Assembly: GCA_963770565.1 (NCBI GenBank)
Contig: CAVYQE010000001.1
Span: forward strand, 1,248,001 to 1,312,000
Source of the DNA: an uncultured Actinomycetota bacterium
GTDB taxonomy: Bacteria; Actinomycetota; Actinomycetes; JAFAQI01
DNA length: 64,000 nt
Direction of reading: 5' to 3'
The position numbers were made by a program, and so were the translations under genes. This document shows, in pieces, positions 17,686-31,469 of this stretch (position 1 is its first letter; every line of letters begins with the position of its first letter). Below the pieces are notes generated by a model. The model did not search any database and was not told the DNA's origin. It was given only the letters and a program-made list of their open reading frames with translations.

Positions 17686-19158
17686 GTGACCGAGCAGCCC
17701 GAACGCGTTCACTACCAGGCGACGTTCGCGGTGCTCGCGACCGCGGTCGGCGCCTATGCGCTCCTTCAGTCCTTGGTGATCCCGGTCCTGCCGACTATCG
17801 AGCGCGGCCTGCACACCACTCAGAACACCGTGACCTGGGTGCTCACGGCGTACCTGCTCTCCGCCTCGATCTTCACGCCGATCATCGGCCGTCTCGGCGA
17901 CATGTGGGGCAAGCAGCGGTTGCTCGTGGCGGCCCTTGCGGCGCTTGCCGCCGGCACGCTGTTGTCCGCGCTGGCCGGCTCGATCGGCGTGATGCTCGCG
18001 GGTCGCGTCATCCAAGGGGTCGGCGGAGGGGTGGTGCCGCTCGCGTTCGGCATCATCCGCGACGAGTTCCCCGCGGATCGGGTGCCCGGCGCAGTCGGCG
18101 TGATTGCCGCGCTGGCTGCAGCCGGCGGCGGCCTCGGCATCGTGCTCGCCGGCCCGATCGTCGAGACCTTCGACTACCACTGGCTGTTCTGGATTCCGAT
18201 GGTGATGCTCGTGCTCGCCGGGATCGCTGCCCGCATCGTCGTCCCTGAGTCGCCGGTCCGTCAGCCCGGCAAGCTTGCATGGGGCTCGGCAGTCCTGCTG
18301 TCGGCCTGGCTGGTCGCACTGCTGCTTCCGGTGAGTGAAGCGCCGACCTGGGGCTGGGGCTCCGGCCGGGTGGTCGGCCTGCTGGCGATCGCGGTCGTGC
18401 TCGCCGCGGCCTGGGTGCGCACCGAGATCCGGTCGTCCCATCCGCTCATTGATATGCGGATGATGCGAATCCCGGTGGTGTGGACCGCGAACCTGGTCGC
18501 ACTGCTGTTCGGTGTCGGGATGTACGCGACGTTCGCGTTCCTGCCTGAGTTCCTCCAAACCGCACCGTCCGCGGGATACGGCTTCGGCGCGAGCATCACT
18601 CACTCCGGCCTGATCCTGTTGCCGTCGAGCGCGATGATGTTCGTCTTCGGCGCCGCATCGGGCCGGCTCACCCTGCGGTACGGCGGCAAAGCGGTGCTGA
18701 TCACAGGCGCGACGATCAGCGTGGTCCCGTTCATTCTGCTGGTGGTCGCGCACGCCCATCAGTGGCAGGTCGTGCTCGCGACCGCGCTGATGGGGATCGG
18801 CTTCGGTTTGGCGTTTTCGGCGATGTCGAGCCTGATCGTCGAAGGCGTCCCGCCCGGTCAGACCGGCGTCGCGAGCGGGATGAACGCCAACATCCGGACC
18901 ATCGGCGGCTCGATCGGCGCCGCCGTGATGAGCAGCATCGTGACCTCGACGGCACGGGCCGGCGGCCTGCCCCGCGAGTCCGGCTACACCCACGGGTTCG
19001 AGTTGCTGACGGTCACTGCGGCCGCCGCGGCGCTCGCGACGATCCTGATCCCGGCGCGGCAGCGAGTGCTGAGCCCGCCAGAGCTTCGGGACGCGCTGCC
19101 GCATGCGGAGCTCGGCATGATCGCGGCCGGCACCCTGGTCGGGGACGAACCCGAGTGA
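17686..19158 (+). CDS. MFS transporter (DHA2-like, ~14 TM)
   Basis: GRLGDMWGKQR motif A; many TM helices. Confidence 0.9.
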   Translation: MTEQPERVHYQATFAVLATAVGAYALLQSLVIPVLPTIERGLHTTQNTVTWVLTAYLLSASIFTPIIGRLGDMWGKQRLLVAALAALAAGTLLSALAGSIGVMLAGRVIQGVGGGVVPLAFGIIRDEFPADRVPGAVGVIAALAAAGGGLGIVLAGPIVETFDYHWLFWIPMVMLVLAGIAARIVVPESPVRQPGKLAWGSAVLLSAWLVALLLPVSEAPTWGWGSGRVVGLLAIAVVLAAAWVRTEIRSSHPLIDMRMMRIPVVWTANLVALLFGVGMYATFAFLPEFLQTAPSAGYGFGASITHSGLILLPSSAMMFVFGAASGRLTLRYGGKAVLITGATISVVPFILLVVAHAHQWQVVLATALMGIGFGLAFSAMSSLIVEGVPPGQTGVASGMNANIRTIGGSIGAAVMSSIVTSTARAGGLPRESGYTHGFELLTVTAAAAALATILIPARQRVLSPPELRDALPHAELGMIAAGTLVGDEPE

Positions 19159-19787
19159 GCAGGACAGCTACGGTCGCCACCCGGCCACACCTGCGCCGCG
19201 ACGCAGCGGCCAACCGGCAGCACCTGATCGATGCCGCCTGGCAGGTTTTCGCGGAACGCGGGCTGGACGCGAGCGTCGAGGAGATCGCCCGCGTCGCGGG
19301 GGTCGGCGTGGGCACCCTCTATCGCCGCTTCAGCACCAAGGACGCGCTGGTCGCGGCCCTCGTCCAGGACGTGCTCGACGCCATGCTCTCCTTCGCCGAG
19401 GACGCCGCCAAGCAGCCCGACGGTGGCGGCCTCGAGCGCTACCTCGAGGCGGCGAGTGCCTACCAGGCCGAGCACAGCGGCTGCCTTCCCCGGTTGTGGA
19501 ACACCGACGTCGACAACCCGTCGATCCATCGACTGCGTACGACGGTCGGCGCCCTGCTCGAGGACGCCAAGCGCCACGGCCGGGTGAGGGGCGACCTCAC
19601 CAGCACGGACCTAACGGTGATCATGTGGTCGATCCGCGGGGTGATCGAGACGACCCGCGCGGTCGCGCCCGACGCCTGGCGCCGGCACCTCGGGGTCGTC
19701 GTGGCCGGGATGCGGCCGGCCGAGCAGCCACTTGCCCACCGGCCCCTGACCCGGCCGCAGGTCGACCGGATCATCGCCGGGGACTAA
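19155..19787 (+). CDS. TetR family regulator
   Basis: LRRDAAANRQ...VEEIARVAGVGVGTLYRRFSTKDAL. Confidence 0.9.
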   Translation: MSRTATVATRPHLRRDAAANRQHLIDAAWQVFAERGLDASVEEIARVAGVGVGTLYRRFSTKDALVAALVQDVLDAMLSFAEDAAKQPDGGGLERYLEAASAYQAEHSGCLPRLWNTDVDNPSIHRLRTTVGALLEDAKRHGRVRGDLTSTDLTVIMWSIRGVIETTRAVAPDAWRRHLGVVVAGMRPAEQPLAHRPLTRPQVDRIIAGD

Positions 19788-19830
19788 CAACCCGCGGGCT
19801 GTTTGAACGGCCAAACGATAACCTCGGAGG

Positions 19831-21504
19831 GTGACCCCCGGCGATCTTGCGGGCGCCGTCGTGTCCGCGATTCGAGCCGCGGTCGCCGACGGCGAGCTCG
19901 CCGTGCCCGTCCCCGAGAGCGTGGTGATCGAGCGCCCTAAGAACAAGGAGCACGGCGACTACGCGACGAACGTCGCCCTGCAGCTCGCCAAGCCGGCCGG
20001 CCGGCCGCCGCGAGAGGTCGCCGAGGTCATCGCTGGTCGGCTACGGACGGCGGACGGCATCGACCGGGTCGAGGTCGCCGGGTCCGGGCTTCCTCAACAT
20101 CAGACTCTCGCGCGGCGCTCAGGGCGAGCTGGCCCGGTCTGATCGTCCATGCCGGCACCGAATACGGCCACAGCGACGTACTGGCCAAGGAGCGGATCAA
20201 CCTCGAGTTCGTCTCGGCCAACCCGACCGGACCGGTGCACATCGGCGCGGTGCGGTGGGCCGCGGTCGGCGACGCGCTAGGCCGGGTGCTCAGCGCGGCC
20301 GGCGCCGAGGTCGCTCGGGAGTACTACTTCAACGACGCCGGGGCCCAGATCGACCGGTTCGCCCGCTCATTGCTGGCCTCGGCCCGGCACCAGCCGATCC
20401 CCGAGGACGGGTACGTCGGCGACTACATCGACGACATCGCCGCCGCGATCGTCGCCAGCCGGCCCGGGATTCTCGACCTGCCCGACGCCGAGGCCGAGGA
20501 GGCGTTCCGCAGCGACGGGGTCGAGCTGATGTTCGCCGAGATCCGGCAGTCGCTAGCCGACTTCGGCGTTGTGTTCGACGTGTACTTCAACGAGAAGTCG
20601 CTGCACGACAACGGAAAGCTCGATGTTGCCCTCGCGCGGCTGACGCGAGCTGGGCCACGTCTACGAGGACGACGGCGCGCTCTGGCTGCGGACGACCGAC
20701 TTCGGTGACGACAAGGACCGGGTGCTGCGTCAAGGGCGACGGCGAGTCGACCTACTTCGCCGCCGACTGCGCCTACTACCTCGACAAGCGGGAGCGCGGA
20801 TTCGACCGGCTGATCTACATGCTGGGCGCCGACCACCACGGCTACGTCGGCCGGCTGCGCGCGGTTGCCGCATGCTTCGGCGACGACCCGGACCGGACCG
20901 CTCGAGATCCTGATCGGCCAGATGGTCAACCTGGTCACAGGACGGCGAGCCGGTCCGGATGAGCAAGCGCGCCGGCAACGTCGTCACTGCTGGACGACCT
21001 GGTCGACGCCATCGGGGTCGATGCGCGCGCGCTACGCGCTGGCCCGCTACAGTCAGCGACTCGCCGATCGACCTCGACCTCGACCTGCTGGGCCCGGCAG
21101 ACCAACGACAACCCGGTGTTCTACGTGCAGTACGCCCACGCCCGGGTCTCCTCTCTATTGCGCAACGCCGCCAGCCTCGGCATCGAGCGCGGGCCCGACG
21201 AGGGCTTCGACCCTGCTCTCCTCGCCGATCCGCATGAGGCCGACGCTGCTCGGCGCGCTCGGCGAATTCCCGCGGATCGTCGTCAGTGCGGCCGAGCTGC
21301 GCGAGCCGCACCGGGTCGCGCGCTACCTCGAAGAGCTCGCCGGCCACTTATCACCGGTTCTACGACGCCTGCCGGGTCCTGCCGATGGCCGACGAGCCGG
21401 CGACCGACCTCACCCGCGCGCGGCTCTGGCTGGTCGAGGCCACCCGGATCGTGCTCGCCAACGGGCTCGCTCTGCTCGGCGTGACCGCCCCGGAGCGGAT
21501 GTGA
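19831..21504 (+). CDS. argS: Arginyl-tRNA synthetase (multiple apparent frameshifts)
   Basis: [53 protein letters not shown] spread over several frames. Confidence 0.9.
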
Positions 21505-22886
21505 GGGCGCACCCGGCCGGCGCGCTGCACGGCGACGTCACGGCACCGCCGCACCCGCTCGGTCCGCCTCCCGAGGATCTCGGCCGGCTCGATCCCGCGG
21601 TCTGGCCGATCGGCACCGACCGGGTGGGCGGCGTCATGCAGGTCGGCGGATGTGATGTGCGGGACCTCGCGGCCGCCCACGGCACCCCGTCCTACCTCAT
21701 CGTCGAGGACGACGTGCGGGCCCGCTGCCGGGCGTATCGCGCTGCCTTCGGCTCGGACACCGATATCTACTACGCCGCCAAGGCGTTCCTGTCGAAACAG
21801 GTCGCGCGCTGGATCCTCGAGGAGGAGCTGTCGCTCGACGTTGCACCGGCGGGGAGCTCGAGACCGCTCTTGCGGCCGGCGTGCCAGGCGAGCGAATCCT
21901 GTTGCACGGCAACAACAAGTCGAGCGCCGAGCTCCGCGCGGCGATCGAGGCCGGGGTTGGCCGGATCGTGCGTCGACAGCGACTCGAGATCGCCCGGCTC
22001 GCCGATGCCGCAGACGCGGCCGGAGTGCGGCCGAAGGTGCTCGTGCGGGTCACCGTCGGCGTCGAGGCGCACACCCACGAGTTCATCGCGACCGCGCACG
22101 AGGACCAGAAGTTCGGCTTCTCACTGACCAGCGGCGCCGCGCTCGAGGCGGTCCGCCGGGTCACGATGCTGCCGTCGCTGGAGCTGGTCGGGCTGCACAG
22201 CCATATCGGTTCGCAGATCTTCGACACCGCCGGGTTCGACGTGGCGGCGCACCGGGTGGTCGGCCTGCTCGGCACGATTCGCGACGCGCTCGGCGTCACC
22301 CTGCCGGAGCTCGATCTCGGTGGCGGCCTCGGTATCGCCTATACGTCCGACGACGACCCGGCCGACGTCGCCGAGGTCGCCAAGCAGCTCCGCACGATCG
22401 TCGAACGAGAGTGCGCCGCGCAGTCGTTGCCGGTGCCGCGGCTCGCGTTCGAGCCGGGCCGGGCAATCATCGGACCGGCCGGCGTCACCCTCTATGAGGT
22501 CGGCACCATCAAGGACGTCGACCACATCCGCACCTACGTCAGCGTCGACGGCGGGATGAGCGACAACATCCGGACCGCCTTGTACGACGCCGACTACACC
22601 TGTGTGTTGGCCTCACGGGCGAGCGCTGCCGAGCCGATGCTTGCTCGTGTGGTCGGAAAGCACTGCGAGAGCGGGCGACATCGTCGTCCGTGACGCCTGG
22701 CTGCCCGGCGACCTCGCGCCCGGCGACCTGCTCGCCGTCGCCGCGACCGGCGCCTACTGCCGGTCGATGGCGAGCAACTACAACCCCGTACCCCGCCCGC
22801 CGGTCGTCGCGGTGCGCGACGGGGAGAGCCACGTGCTGATCCGCCGCGAGACCGATGCCGACCTGCTTGCGTTGGACCAGGGATGA
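21501..22886 (+). CDS. lysA: Diaminopimelate decarboxylase (apparent frameshifts)
   Basis: [42 protein letters not shown]. Confidence 0.9.
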
Positions 22887-24190
22887 CCGTCAAGACGCTG
22901 CGGGTGGCGCTGCTCGGGTGCGGCGTGGTCGGCACCGAGGTGGTCCGCCTGCTGCAGCTCCAGCACGACGATCTGGCCCGCGGATCGGCGCGCCGCTCGA
23001 GCTGGTCGGAATCGCGGTCCGCCGGCCGCGGCCGCGCGCGCGACCTGCCGGTCGACCCGTCGCTGTTCACCTCCGACGCCGCGGCGCTGGTCGCGCGAGA
23101 GGACGTCGACGTCGTGGTCGAGGTGATCGGCGGCATCGAACCGGCCCGTTCACTGCTGGTCACCGCGCTCGAACGTGGCGCCTCGGTGGTGACCGCCAAC
23201 AAGGCGTTGCTCGCCGAGGACGGCGCGACCTTGTACGACGCGGCCCGCCGCGGCAACGCCGACCTGTATTGCGAGGCGAGCGTGGGGGGCGCGATCCCAT
23301 TGCTGCGGCCGCTGCGCGAGTCGCTGGCCGGCGACCGGGTGACCCGCGTCATCGGCATCGTCAACGGCACCACCAACTACGTCCTCACCCAGATGGACTC
23401 CACCGGCGCCGGGTTCGCCGAGGCACTCGAGGAAGCCCAGGCACTCGGCTATGCCGAGGCCGATCCGTCCGCGGACATCGACGGCTTCGATGCGGCCGCG
23501 AAGGCGGCGATCCTGGCCGGACTCGCCTTCCACACCCGGGTCACTGCCGCCGACGTCTACCGCGAGGGCATCGCCGACGTGACCGCGAGCGACGTCAAGA
23601 CCGCGAGCGACATGAACGGCGTCGTCAAGCTGCTCGCGATCGCCGAACGCGGTCCGGACCACTCGGGACGCGACTCGATCGGTGTGCGGGTGCACCCGGC
23701 GATCCTGTCCAGAACCCACCCGCTGGCCGGTGTCCGCGATGCCTACAACGCGGTGTTCGTCGAAGCCGACGCGGCGGGCCAGCTGATGTTCTACGGCCGC
23801 GGCGCCGGTGGCGCCCCGACCGCGAGCGCGGTGCTCGGCGACCTGGTCGCGGTGTGCCGCAACCGGTTGAGCGGCGCGCGTGGCGCCGGGGATTCGTCGT
23901 ACGCGCAGTTGCGGATCCGCCCGATGGGGGAGACCGTCACCCGCTACCACGTCAGCCTCGACGTCGCCGACAAGGCCGGTGTGCTGGCGAGCGTCGCGCA
24001 GGCGTTTGCGGTGCACGACGTGTCGATCCAGACCGTGCGCCAGGAAGGCCACGGCGACGATGCGACCTTGGTGCTCGTGACGCACGAGGCCACCGACGCA
24101 GCGCTGTCGGCGACCGTCGAGGACGTCCGCCGGCTCGACTCGGTGCGGGCAGTGGCAAGTGTGATGAGGGTCGAAGGGGGCGTCGAATGA
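22883..24190 (+). CDS. hom: Homoserine dehydrogenase with ACT domain
   Basis: [26 protein letters not shown]; short out-of-frame patch near 22980-23030. Confidence 0.92.
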   Translation: MTVKTLRVALLGCGVVGTEVVRLLQLQHDDLARGSARRSSWSESRSAGRGRARDLPVDPSLFTSDAAALVAREDVDVVVEVIGGIEPARSLLVTALERGASVVTANKALLAEDGATLYDAARRGNADLYCEASVGGAIPLLRPLRESLAGDRVTRVIGIVNGTTNYVLTQMDSTGAGFAEALEEAQALGYAEADPSADIDGFDAAAKAAILAGLAFHTRVTAADVYREGIADVTASDVKTASDMNGVVKLLAIAERGPDHSGRDSIGVRVHPAILSRTHPLAGVRDAYNAVFVEADAAGQLMFYGRGAGGAPTASAVLGDLVAVCRNRLSGARGAGDSSYAQLRIRPMGETVTRYHVSLDVADKAGVLASVAQAFAVHDVSIQTVRQEGHGDDATLVLVTHEATDAALSATVEDVRRLDSVRAVASVMRVEGGVE

Positions 24191-25261
24191 CCGCGACCAT
24201 TGCGCGCACGTCGCCGTGGCGAGGCGTGATCGAGGAGTTCCGCGACCGGCTTCCGGTGACCTCGACCACGCCGATCGTCACGTTGCTCGAAGGCGGCACA
24301 CCGCTCCTGACCGCGCCGCGACTGTCGGCGGTGACCGGTTGCGACGTACACCTCAAGGTCGAGGGCATGAACCCGACCGGTTCGTTCAAGGACCGCGGCA
24401 TGACCCTCGCGATCAGCAAGGCGGCCGAGGAAGGCTCGAAGGCGGTCATCTGCGCCTCGACCGGCAACACCTCAGCGAGTGCTGCGGCGTACGCAGTTCG
24501 GGCCGGGATGATCTGCGCGGTGCTCGTGCCGAGCGGCAAGATCGCGATGGGCAAGTTGGCGCAAGCGCTCGTACACGGCGCGCGACTCCTGCAGGTCGAC
24601 GGCAACTTCGACGACTGCCTCAACCTCGCGCGCGACCTCGCCGAGCATCACCCGGTCTCGCTGGTCAACTCGGTCAACGCCGTACCGGATCGACGGCCAG
24701 AAGACCGCCGCGTTCGAGATCTGCGACGCCCTCGGCGACGCACCGGACGTGCACTGCCTGCCGGTCGGCAACGCCGGGAACATCACGGCGTACTGGAAGG
24801 GATACACCGAGTACGCCGCTGACGGCACCGCCACGAAGCGGCCGGTGATGCGCGGCTTCCAGGCCGCCGGCGCGGCACCGATCGTTCGCGGCGAGGCAGT
24901 GGCGAATCCGTCGACGATCGCGACCGCGATCCGGATCGGCAACCCCGCCTCGTGGAAGCAAGCACTCGCCGCGCGCGATGAGTCCGGTGGCGCAATCGAG
25001 GCGGTCACCGACCGCGAGATCCTTTCGGCGTACCGGATGCTGGCCCGCGAGGAGGGCGTGTTCGTCGAGCCGGCGAGTGCGGCCAGCGTCGCTGGATTGC
25101 TGCAAGCACACGCGAACGGATCGATCCGGCCCGGCAGCAGAGTCGTCTGCACGGTGACCGGCAACGGCTTGAAGGACCCCGAGTGGGCGATCGCGGGCGC
25201 ACCCGTGCCCATGACGATCGCCGCCGATGTCGCCGCCGCGGCCGCGGCGCTCGAGCTGTAG
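24187..25261 (+). CDS. thrC: Threonine synthase (one apparent frameshift near 24680)
   Basis: [33 protein letters not shown]. Confidence 0.92.
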
Positions 25262-25275
25262 TCGCGGGAGACCTG

Positions 25276-26199
25276 ATGGCCCGACGCGGCGGCCCGGCGT
25301 TCCGAGCGGCACCGCTGCGGGTGAAAGTGCCGGCGACGAGTGCGAACCTCGGTCCCGGCTTCGACGCGCTCGGTCTCGCCCTCGGCTTGTACGACGACGT
25401 CGTGGTGCGAGTGACCGACGAGCCGGGGCTCAGCGTCGATGTCGCCGGCATGGGGGCCGCAAGCGTGCCGCGCAACGCACGCCACCTCGTGGTCAAGTCG
25501 ATGCGGGCCGCCTTCAAGGTCCTCGGCGGCGCACCGAAGGGCCTCGAAGTGGTGTGTGCGAACCGGATCCCGCACACTCGCGGCCTCGGCTCGTCTGCTG
25601 CCGCGATCGTCGCCGGCGTCGTCGCGGCCCGTGGTCTTGTCGTCGGTGGCGCGGAGCGGCTCGACAATGCCGGCGTACTCGAACTTGCAGCGTCGCTCGA
25701 AGGCCATCCGGACAACGTCGCGGCCTGCCTGCTCGGTGGGCTGACCGTGGCGTGGGTCGATGACGGGCGCGCGAAAGCGGTGTCCGTACCGGTGACCACC
25801 TCGCTCGCACCGGTGGCATTCGTGCCGGGCGCGAGCTCCTCGACCCGGGCGGCGCGACGACTGCTGCCGGAGTCGGTCAGTCACAGCGATGCGGCCAGGA
25901 ACGCCGGTCGCGCGGCACTGCTTGTCGCGGCGCTGCGCTCGGAGCCGGATCTGCTGATGGCCGCAACCGAGGATGCGCTCCACCAGTCGTACCGAGCGGA
26001 GGCCATGCCGCGCAGTACGGCGTTGCTCCGCGAGCTCCGCGATGCCGGGGTGCCCGCAGTGATCTCGGGCGCCGGCCCGACCGTGCTTGCATTGACCACT
26101 ACGGAGACCCGCGAGCACGCGATGGGGTTCGCCCGTCGCGGGTGGTCCGCCCTCGCGCTCGAGGTCGATCGCGGCGGGGCGCAGGTGGTCGCGCTGTAG
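25276..26199 (+). CDS. thrB: Homoserine kinase
   Basis: VPATSANLGPGFD, RGLGSSAAA, EGHPDN, SGAGPT. Confidence 0.93.
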   Translation: MARRGGPAFRAAPLRVKVPATSANLGPGFDALGLALGLYDDVVVRVTDEPGLSVDVAGMGAASVPRNARHLVVKSMRAAFKVLGGAPKGLEVVCANRIPHTRGLGSSAAAIVAGVVAARGLVVGGAERLDNAGVLELAASLEGHPDNVAACLLGGLTVAWVDDGRAKAVSVPVTTSLAPVAFVPGASSSTRAARRLLPESVSHSDAARNAGRAALLVAALRSEPDLLMAATEDALHQSYRAEAMPRSTALLRELRDAGVPAVISGAGPTVLALTTTETREHAMGFARRGWSALALEVDRGGAQVVAL

Positions 26200-26525
26200 G
26201 CGAACGAGAAAGGGTCACCCGACACGCGGAACAAAACGATTTTGTGAATTGTTGGCAGGAACAGGTAGCGACGACTACGCTATGTATTGCGACAGCCGCC
26301 CCGACGGGGCGAGGTCCTCGCGAATTGCGCACCGAACTCAGATGACATCCTCACGTGAGGAACTCGTTTTCTGATTCTGTCGCGACCCCGCAGTCAACAA
26401 CCGCGGGTGCACTGCGAGAGAACCCCTCCCGGGAGTGGCTCCACACACGTCCGCCGCACAGGCGGACCACGGTGCCGCCAGGCCGAAATTGGCCGGCCGC
26501 ACCAACCAGTAAGGAAGGATCCTTG

Positions 26526-28376
<1,851 letters not shown>

Positions 28377-28393
28377 CGAGCCGCAAGCAACGC

Positions 28394-28435
28394 GGAACAA
28401 GGGCCTCCGCTTCGGCGTTCAGGCTCTGGCACACT
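28394..28435 (+). promoter_or_regulatory. SigR/SigH-type promoter (GGAAC-N18-GTT) plus TGG-CACACT -10 upstream of rpmE
   Basis: GGAAC 28394-28398, GTT 28417-28419. Confidence 0.55.
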
Positions 28436-28440
28436 GGACA

Positions 28441-28485
28441 GCGGTTCCGGTTCACGTCCGAGCACTCGGGCGACCCGGCGACCAG
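28441..28485 (+). ncRNA. Putative actinobacterial L31 (rpmE) leader structure
   Basis: GGTTCCGGTTCACGTCCGAG-cact-CGGGCGACCCGGCGACC nested stems directly before rpmE. Confidence 0.45.
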
Positions 28486-28502
28486 AAGCGACAGGAGCAG
28501 TA

Positions 28503-28709
28503 GTGAAACCCGACATTCACCCGCAGTACGTCGAGACCACCGTGACGTGCACGTGCGGGAACACCTTTACCACCCGCAGCACCGCAGCCAACGGCGTGAT
28601 CCACGCCGACGTCTGCTCGGCCTGCCACCCCTTCTACACCGGCAAGCAGAAGATCCTGGACACCGGCGGACGCGTAGCCCGCTTCGAACAGCGCTACGCC
28701 AAGAAGTAG
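28503..28709 (+). CDS. rpmE: 50S ribosomal protein L31 (Zn-binding form)
   Basis: [22 protein letters not shown]. Confidence 0.96.
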   Translation: MKPDIHPQYVETTVTCTCGNTFTTRSTAANGVIHADVCSACHPFYTGKQKILDTGGRVARFEQRYAKK

Positions 28710-28928
28710 CTCCGCTCAGCTCGGCGCTGGCCGCGTTCTCGGTCGCTTGCGTGCTCAAGCACGCGGCGCTCCCTGCGGCCTTGCCAGCCCCAACCTGAGC
28801 TGTCGCTACTCCTCGGCGTTGGAAGTGCGTTGCTGGTGGTTGCGCTCTTGATCTGTGACGTCTGGCCTGACGCGCGGCCCTGATTACGCGCCCGGCCACT
28901 AAGTTGGTGGTCGATGCAATAGGAGAGA

Positions 28929-29966
28929 GTGGTGTTCGAGCAGGTTGAGGAGCTCGTCACCGAGCACGCCGAGGTCGAGAAACAGCTGTCCGATCCGGCC
29001 ATCCACTCCGACCAGGGCCGCGCCCGCACGCTCGGCCAGCGCTATGCCGAGCTGACGCCGATCGTCACGACGTATCAGGAGTGGAAGCGGGTCGGCGACG
29101 ACCTGGCCGCCGCCCGCGAGCTCTCGGGCGAGGACTCGTCGTTCCGGGCCGAGGCGACCGAGCTCGAGGAGCGGCAGGATCATCTCGCCGACGAGCTCAG
29201 GCGGCTGTTGGTGCCCGCTGATCCGAACGACGACAAGGACGTCATCCTCGAAGTGCAGGCCGGCGAGGGCGGCGAGGAGTCGGCGCTGTTTGCCGGCGAC
29301 CTGCTGCGGATGTATCTGCGGTACGCCGAGCGGCAGGGCTGGAAGACCGAGCTGCTCGACGCCACCGAGAGCGACCTCGGCGGTTACAAGGCAGCGACGA
29401 TCGCGGTGCGCGGGCGACGTGACCCGAAGCCCTGGAGCCGGCTGAAGTACGAGGGCGGGGTGCACCGGGTACAGCGTGTGCCGGTGACCGAGGCCCAGGG
29501 CCGGATCCACACCAGCGCGGCCGGCGTACTCGTCCTTCCGGAGGCGGAGGACGTCGAGGTCGAGATCGACCCGAACGACCTGCGGATCGACGTCTACCGG
29601 TCGTCCGGCCCCGGTGGCCAGAGCGTCAATACGACCGACTCCGCTGTCCGGGTCACCCACATCCCGACCGGCATCGTCGTCTCCTGCCAGAACGAGAAGA
29701 GCCAGCTGCAGAACAAGGAGAGCGCGATGCGCATCCTGCGGGCCCGACTGCTCGCCGCTGCCCAGGAGCAGGCAGACGCGGATGCCTCCGCGGCCCGGCG
29801 GAGCCAGGTGCGCACGGTCGACCGCAGCGAGCGAGTGCGGACCTACAACTTCCCGGAGAACCGGATCAGCGACCACCGGGTCAACTTCAAGGCCTACAAC
29901 CTCGACGCGGTGCTCGACGGCGACCTCGACGCGGTGATCCAGGCGCTCATCGACGCCGACAGCTGA
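28929..29966 (+). CDS. prfA: Peptide chain release factor 1
   Basis: PVT specificity motif, GGQ. Confidence 0.96.
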   Translation: MVFEQVEELVTEHAEVEKQLSDPAIHSDQGRARTLGQRYAELTPIVTTYQEWKRVGDDLAAARELSGEDSSFRAEATELEERQDHLADELRRLLVPADPNDDKDVILEVQAGEGGEESALFAGDLLRMYLRYAERQGWKTELLDATESDLGGYKAATIAVRGRRDPKPWSRLKYEGGVHRVQRVPVTEAQGRIHTSAAGVLVLPEAEDVEVEIDPNDLRIDVYRSSGPGGQSVNTTDSAVRVTHIPTGIVVSCQNEKSQLQNKESAMRILRARLLAAAQEQADADASAARRSQVRTVDRSERVRTYNFPENRISDHRVNFKAYNLDAVLDGDLDAVIQALIDADS

Positions 29967-30012
29967 TCGCGCGCGCCCGAATCCTCCGACCGGCACTGAC
30001 AGACTGAGGCGC

Positions 30013-30816
30013 GTGACGATGACCGTGCGCGAGGTGGCCTCGGCGCTCGCGGCGGCCGGGGTGCCGAGCGCCGACCATGACGCCCGGGTGCTCGTCCGGC
30101 TTGCCGCCGACAACGCGGTCCCGCTCGACCAGCTGGTGGCGGCCCGGGCGGCCCGGGTGCCGCTGCAACACCTGACCGGCTCGGCCGGGTTCCGCTACCT
30201 CGACCTGGTGGTCGGGCCCGGCGTCTTCGTCCCGCGTCCCGAGACCGAACTGCTCGTCGACGCGGTCCTCGCGGCACTGGATCTCCTGCCCGCGGACCGT
30301 ACGCCGGTCGTCGTGGACCTCTGCGCCGGCAGCGGCGCGATCGGGTTGTCAGTGGCGCACGAGCATCCGCGCGCGGTCGTCCATCTCGTCGAGTCCTCAG
30401 CGGCAGCCTTCGAGTGGCTTCAGCGCAACGCGGCCGGTTCGGTCGCGCCCGGCCGGGTGCGGCTGCATCACGCCGATCTTGCCGATGCCCCGACCGGCCT
30501 GGACCGAACCGTCGACGTCGTCGTGTCGAACCCTCCCTATGTGCCCCTCGACGAACGCGACCTGGTCGACCCCGAGGTCCGCGAGCACGACCCGGACGAG
30601 GCGTTGTGGGCCGACGACGAGGGGCTGTCGGTGATCCGGCGCGTGGTCGACCGCGCCACCGCACTGTTGCGGCCGGCCGGCGTACTGGTCATCGAACACT
30701 CGGAACGCCACAATCGGTCAGTGCCCGACCTGCTCGACGCCGCGGGCTTCAGTGATGTCGTCGACCACCCCGACCTCGCCGGCCGACCGCGGTTCACGGT
30801 AGGAACCGCGGCATGA
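30013..30816 (+). CDS. prmC: Release factor glutamine methyltransferase
   Basis: PRPETE, DLCAGSG, SNPPY. Confidence 0.93.
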   Translation: MTMTVREVASALAAAGVPSADHDARVLVRLAADNAVPLDQLVAARAARVPLQHLTGSAGFRYLDLVVGPGVFVPRPETELLVDAVLAALDLLPADRTPVVVDLCAGSGAIGLSVAHEHPRAVVHLVESSAAAFEWLQRNAAGSVAPGRVRLHHADLADAPTGLDRTVDVVVSNPPYVPLDERDLVDPEVREHDPDEALWADDEGLSVIRRVVDRATALLRPAGVLVIEHSERHNRSVPDLLDAAGFSDVVDHPDLAGRPRFTVGTAA

Positions 30817-31469
30817 AGACCGGGGTGTTCGACTGCACCAAACCCCACCACCGCGAAGAGGGCATCGACGCCGCGGTGAGCGCGGTCCTGCGTGCCGAGC
30901 TCGTCGTGTTGCCGACCGACACCGTGTACGGCGTCGGTACCGACGCGTTCTCGGCCGCCGCGGTCGAGGCGCTGCTCGCCGCGAAAGGCCGCGACCGAAG
31001 CATGCCGGTGCCGGTGCTGGTCGGGTCGCAGCACATGGTCGACGCGCTGGTCGCGGAGCTGTCCGACGCGGGCCGCGACCTCATTGCCGCCTTCTGGCCC
31101 GGTGCGCTGACGCTCGTGGTCCGGCATACCGCGCATCTCGCCTGGGACCTGGGCGAGACGCTCGGGACGGTTGCGATCCGGATGCCCGACAACGACATCG
31201 CCCTGGAGCTCATCTCGCGGACCGGACCGCTCGCCACCTCCAGCGCCAACCGCTCCGGACACGAGCCGGCGACGACCATGCTGGATGCGCGCCTGCAACT
31301 GGGCGCCTCGGTGTCGGTCTACCTCGACGGCGGGCCGACTGCCGGACCGGTCGCATCGTCGATCATCGACCTCACCGGCGAGCAGCCACGCGTGCTGCGC
31401 GCGGGTGCGATCGACCTCGACCGGCTACGCGAAGTCGTCCCGGAGCTCGGAGCTCTCGAAGCCGGATAG
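30813..31469 (+). CDS. tsaC: L-threonylcarbamoyladenylate synthase (Sua5/TsaC)
   Basis: PTDTVYG, AKGR, WPGALT, SSANRSG. Confidence 0.92.
   Translation: MKTGVFDCTKPHHREEGIDAAVSAVLRAELVVLPTDTVYGVGTDAFSAAAVEALLAAKGRDRSMPVPVLVGSQHMVDALVAELSDAGRDLIAAFWPGALTLVVRHTAHLAWDLGETLGTVAIRMPDNDIALELISRTGPLATSSANRSGHEPATTMLDARLQLGASVSVYLDGGPTAGPVASSIIDLTGEQPRVLRAGAIDLDRLREVVPELGALEAG

Noticed and set aside
19831-25261. Programmed frameshifting or true pseudogenes in argS/lysA/thrC
   Set aside because: Many scattered single-base indels in essential genes without slippery-site pattern; error is more parsimonious
26355-26525. Extended rho N-terminus from the ORF track
   Set aside because: RBS precedes 26523/26526; upstream part is more likely 5' leader
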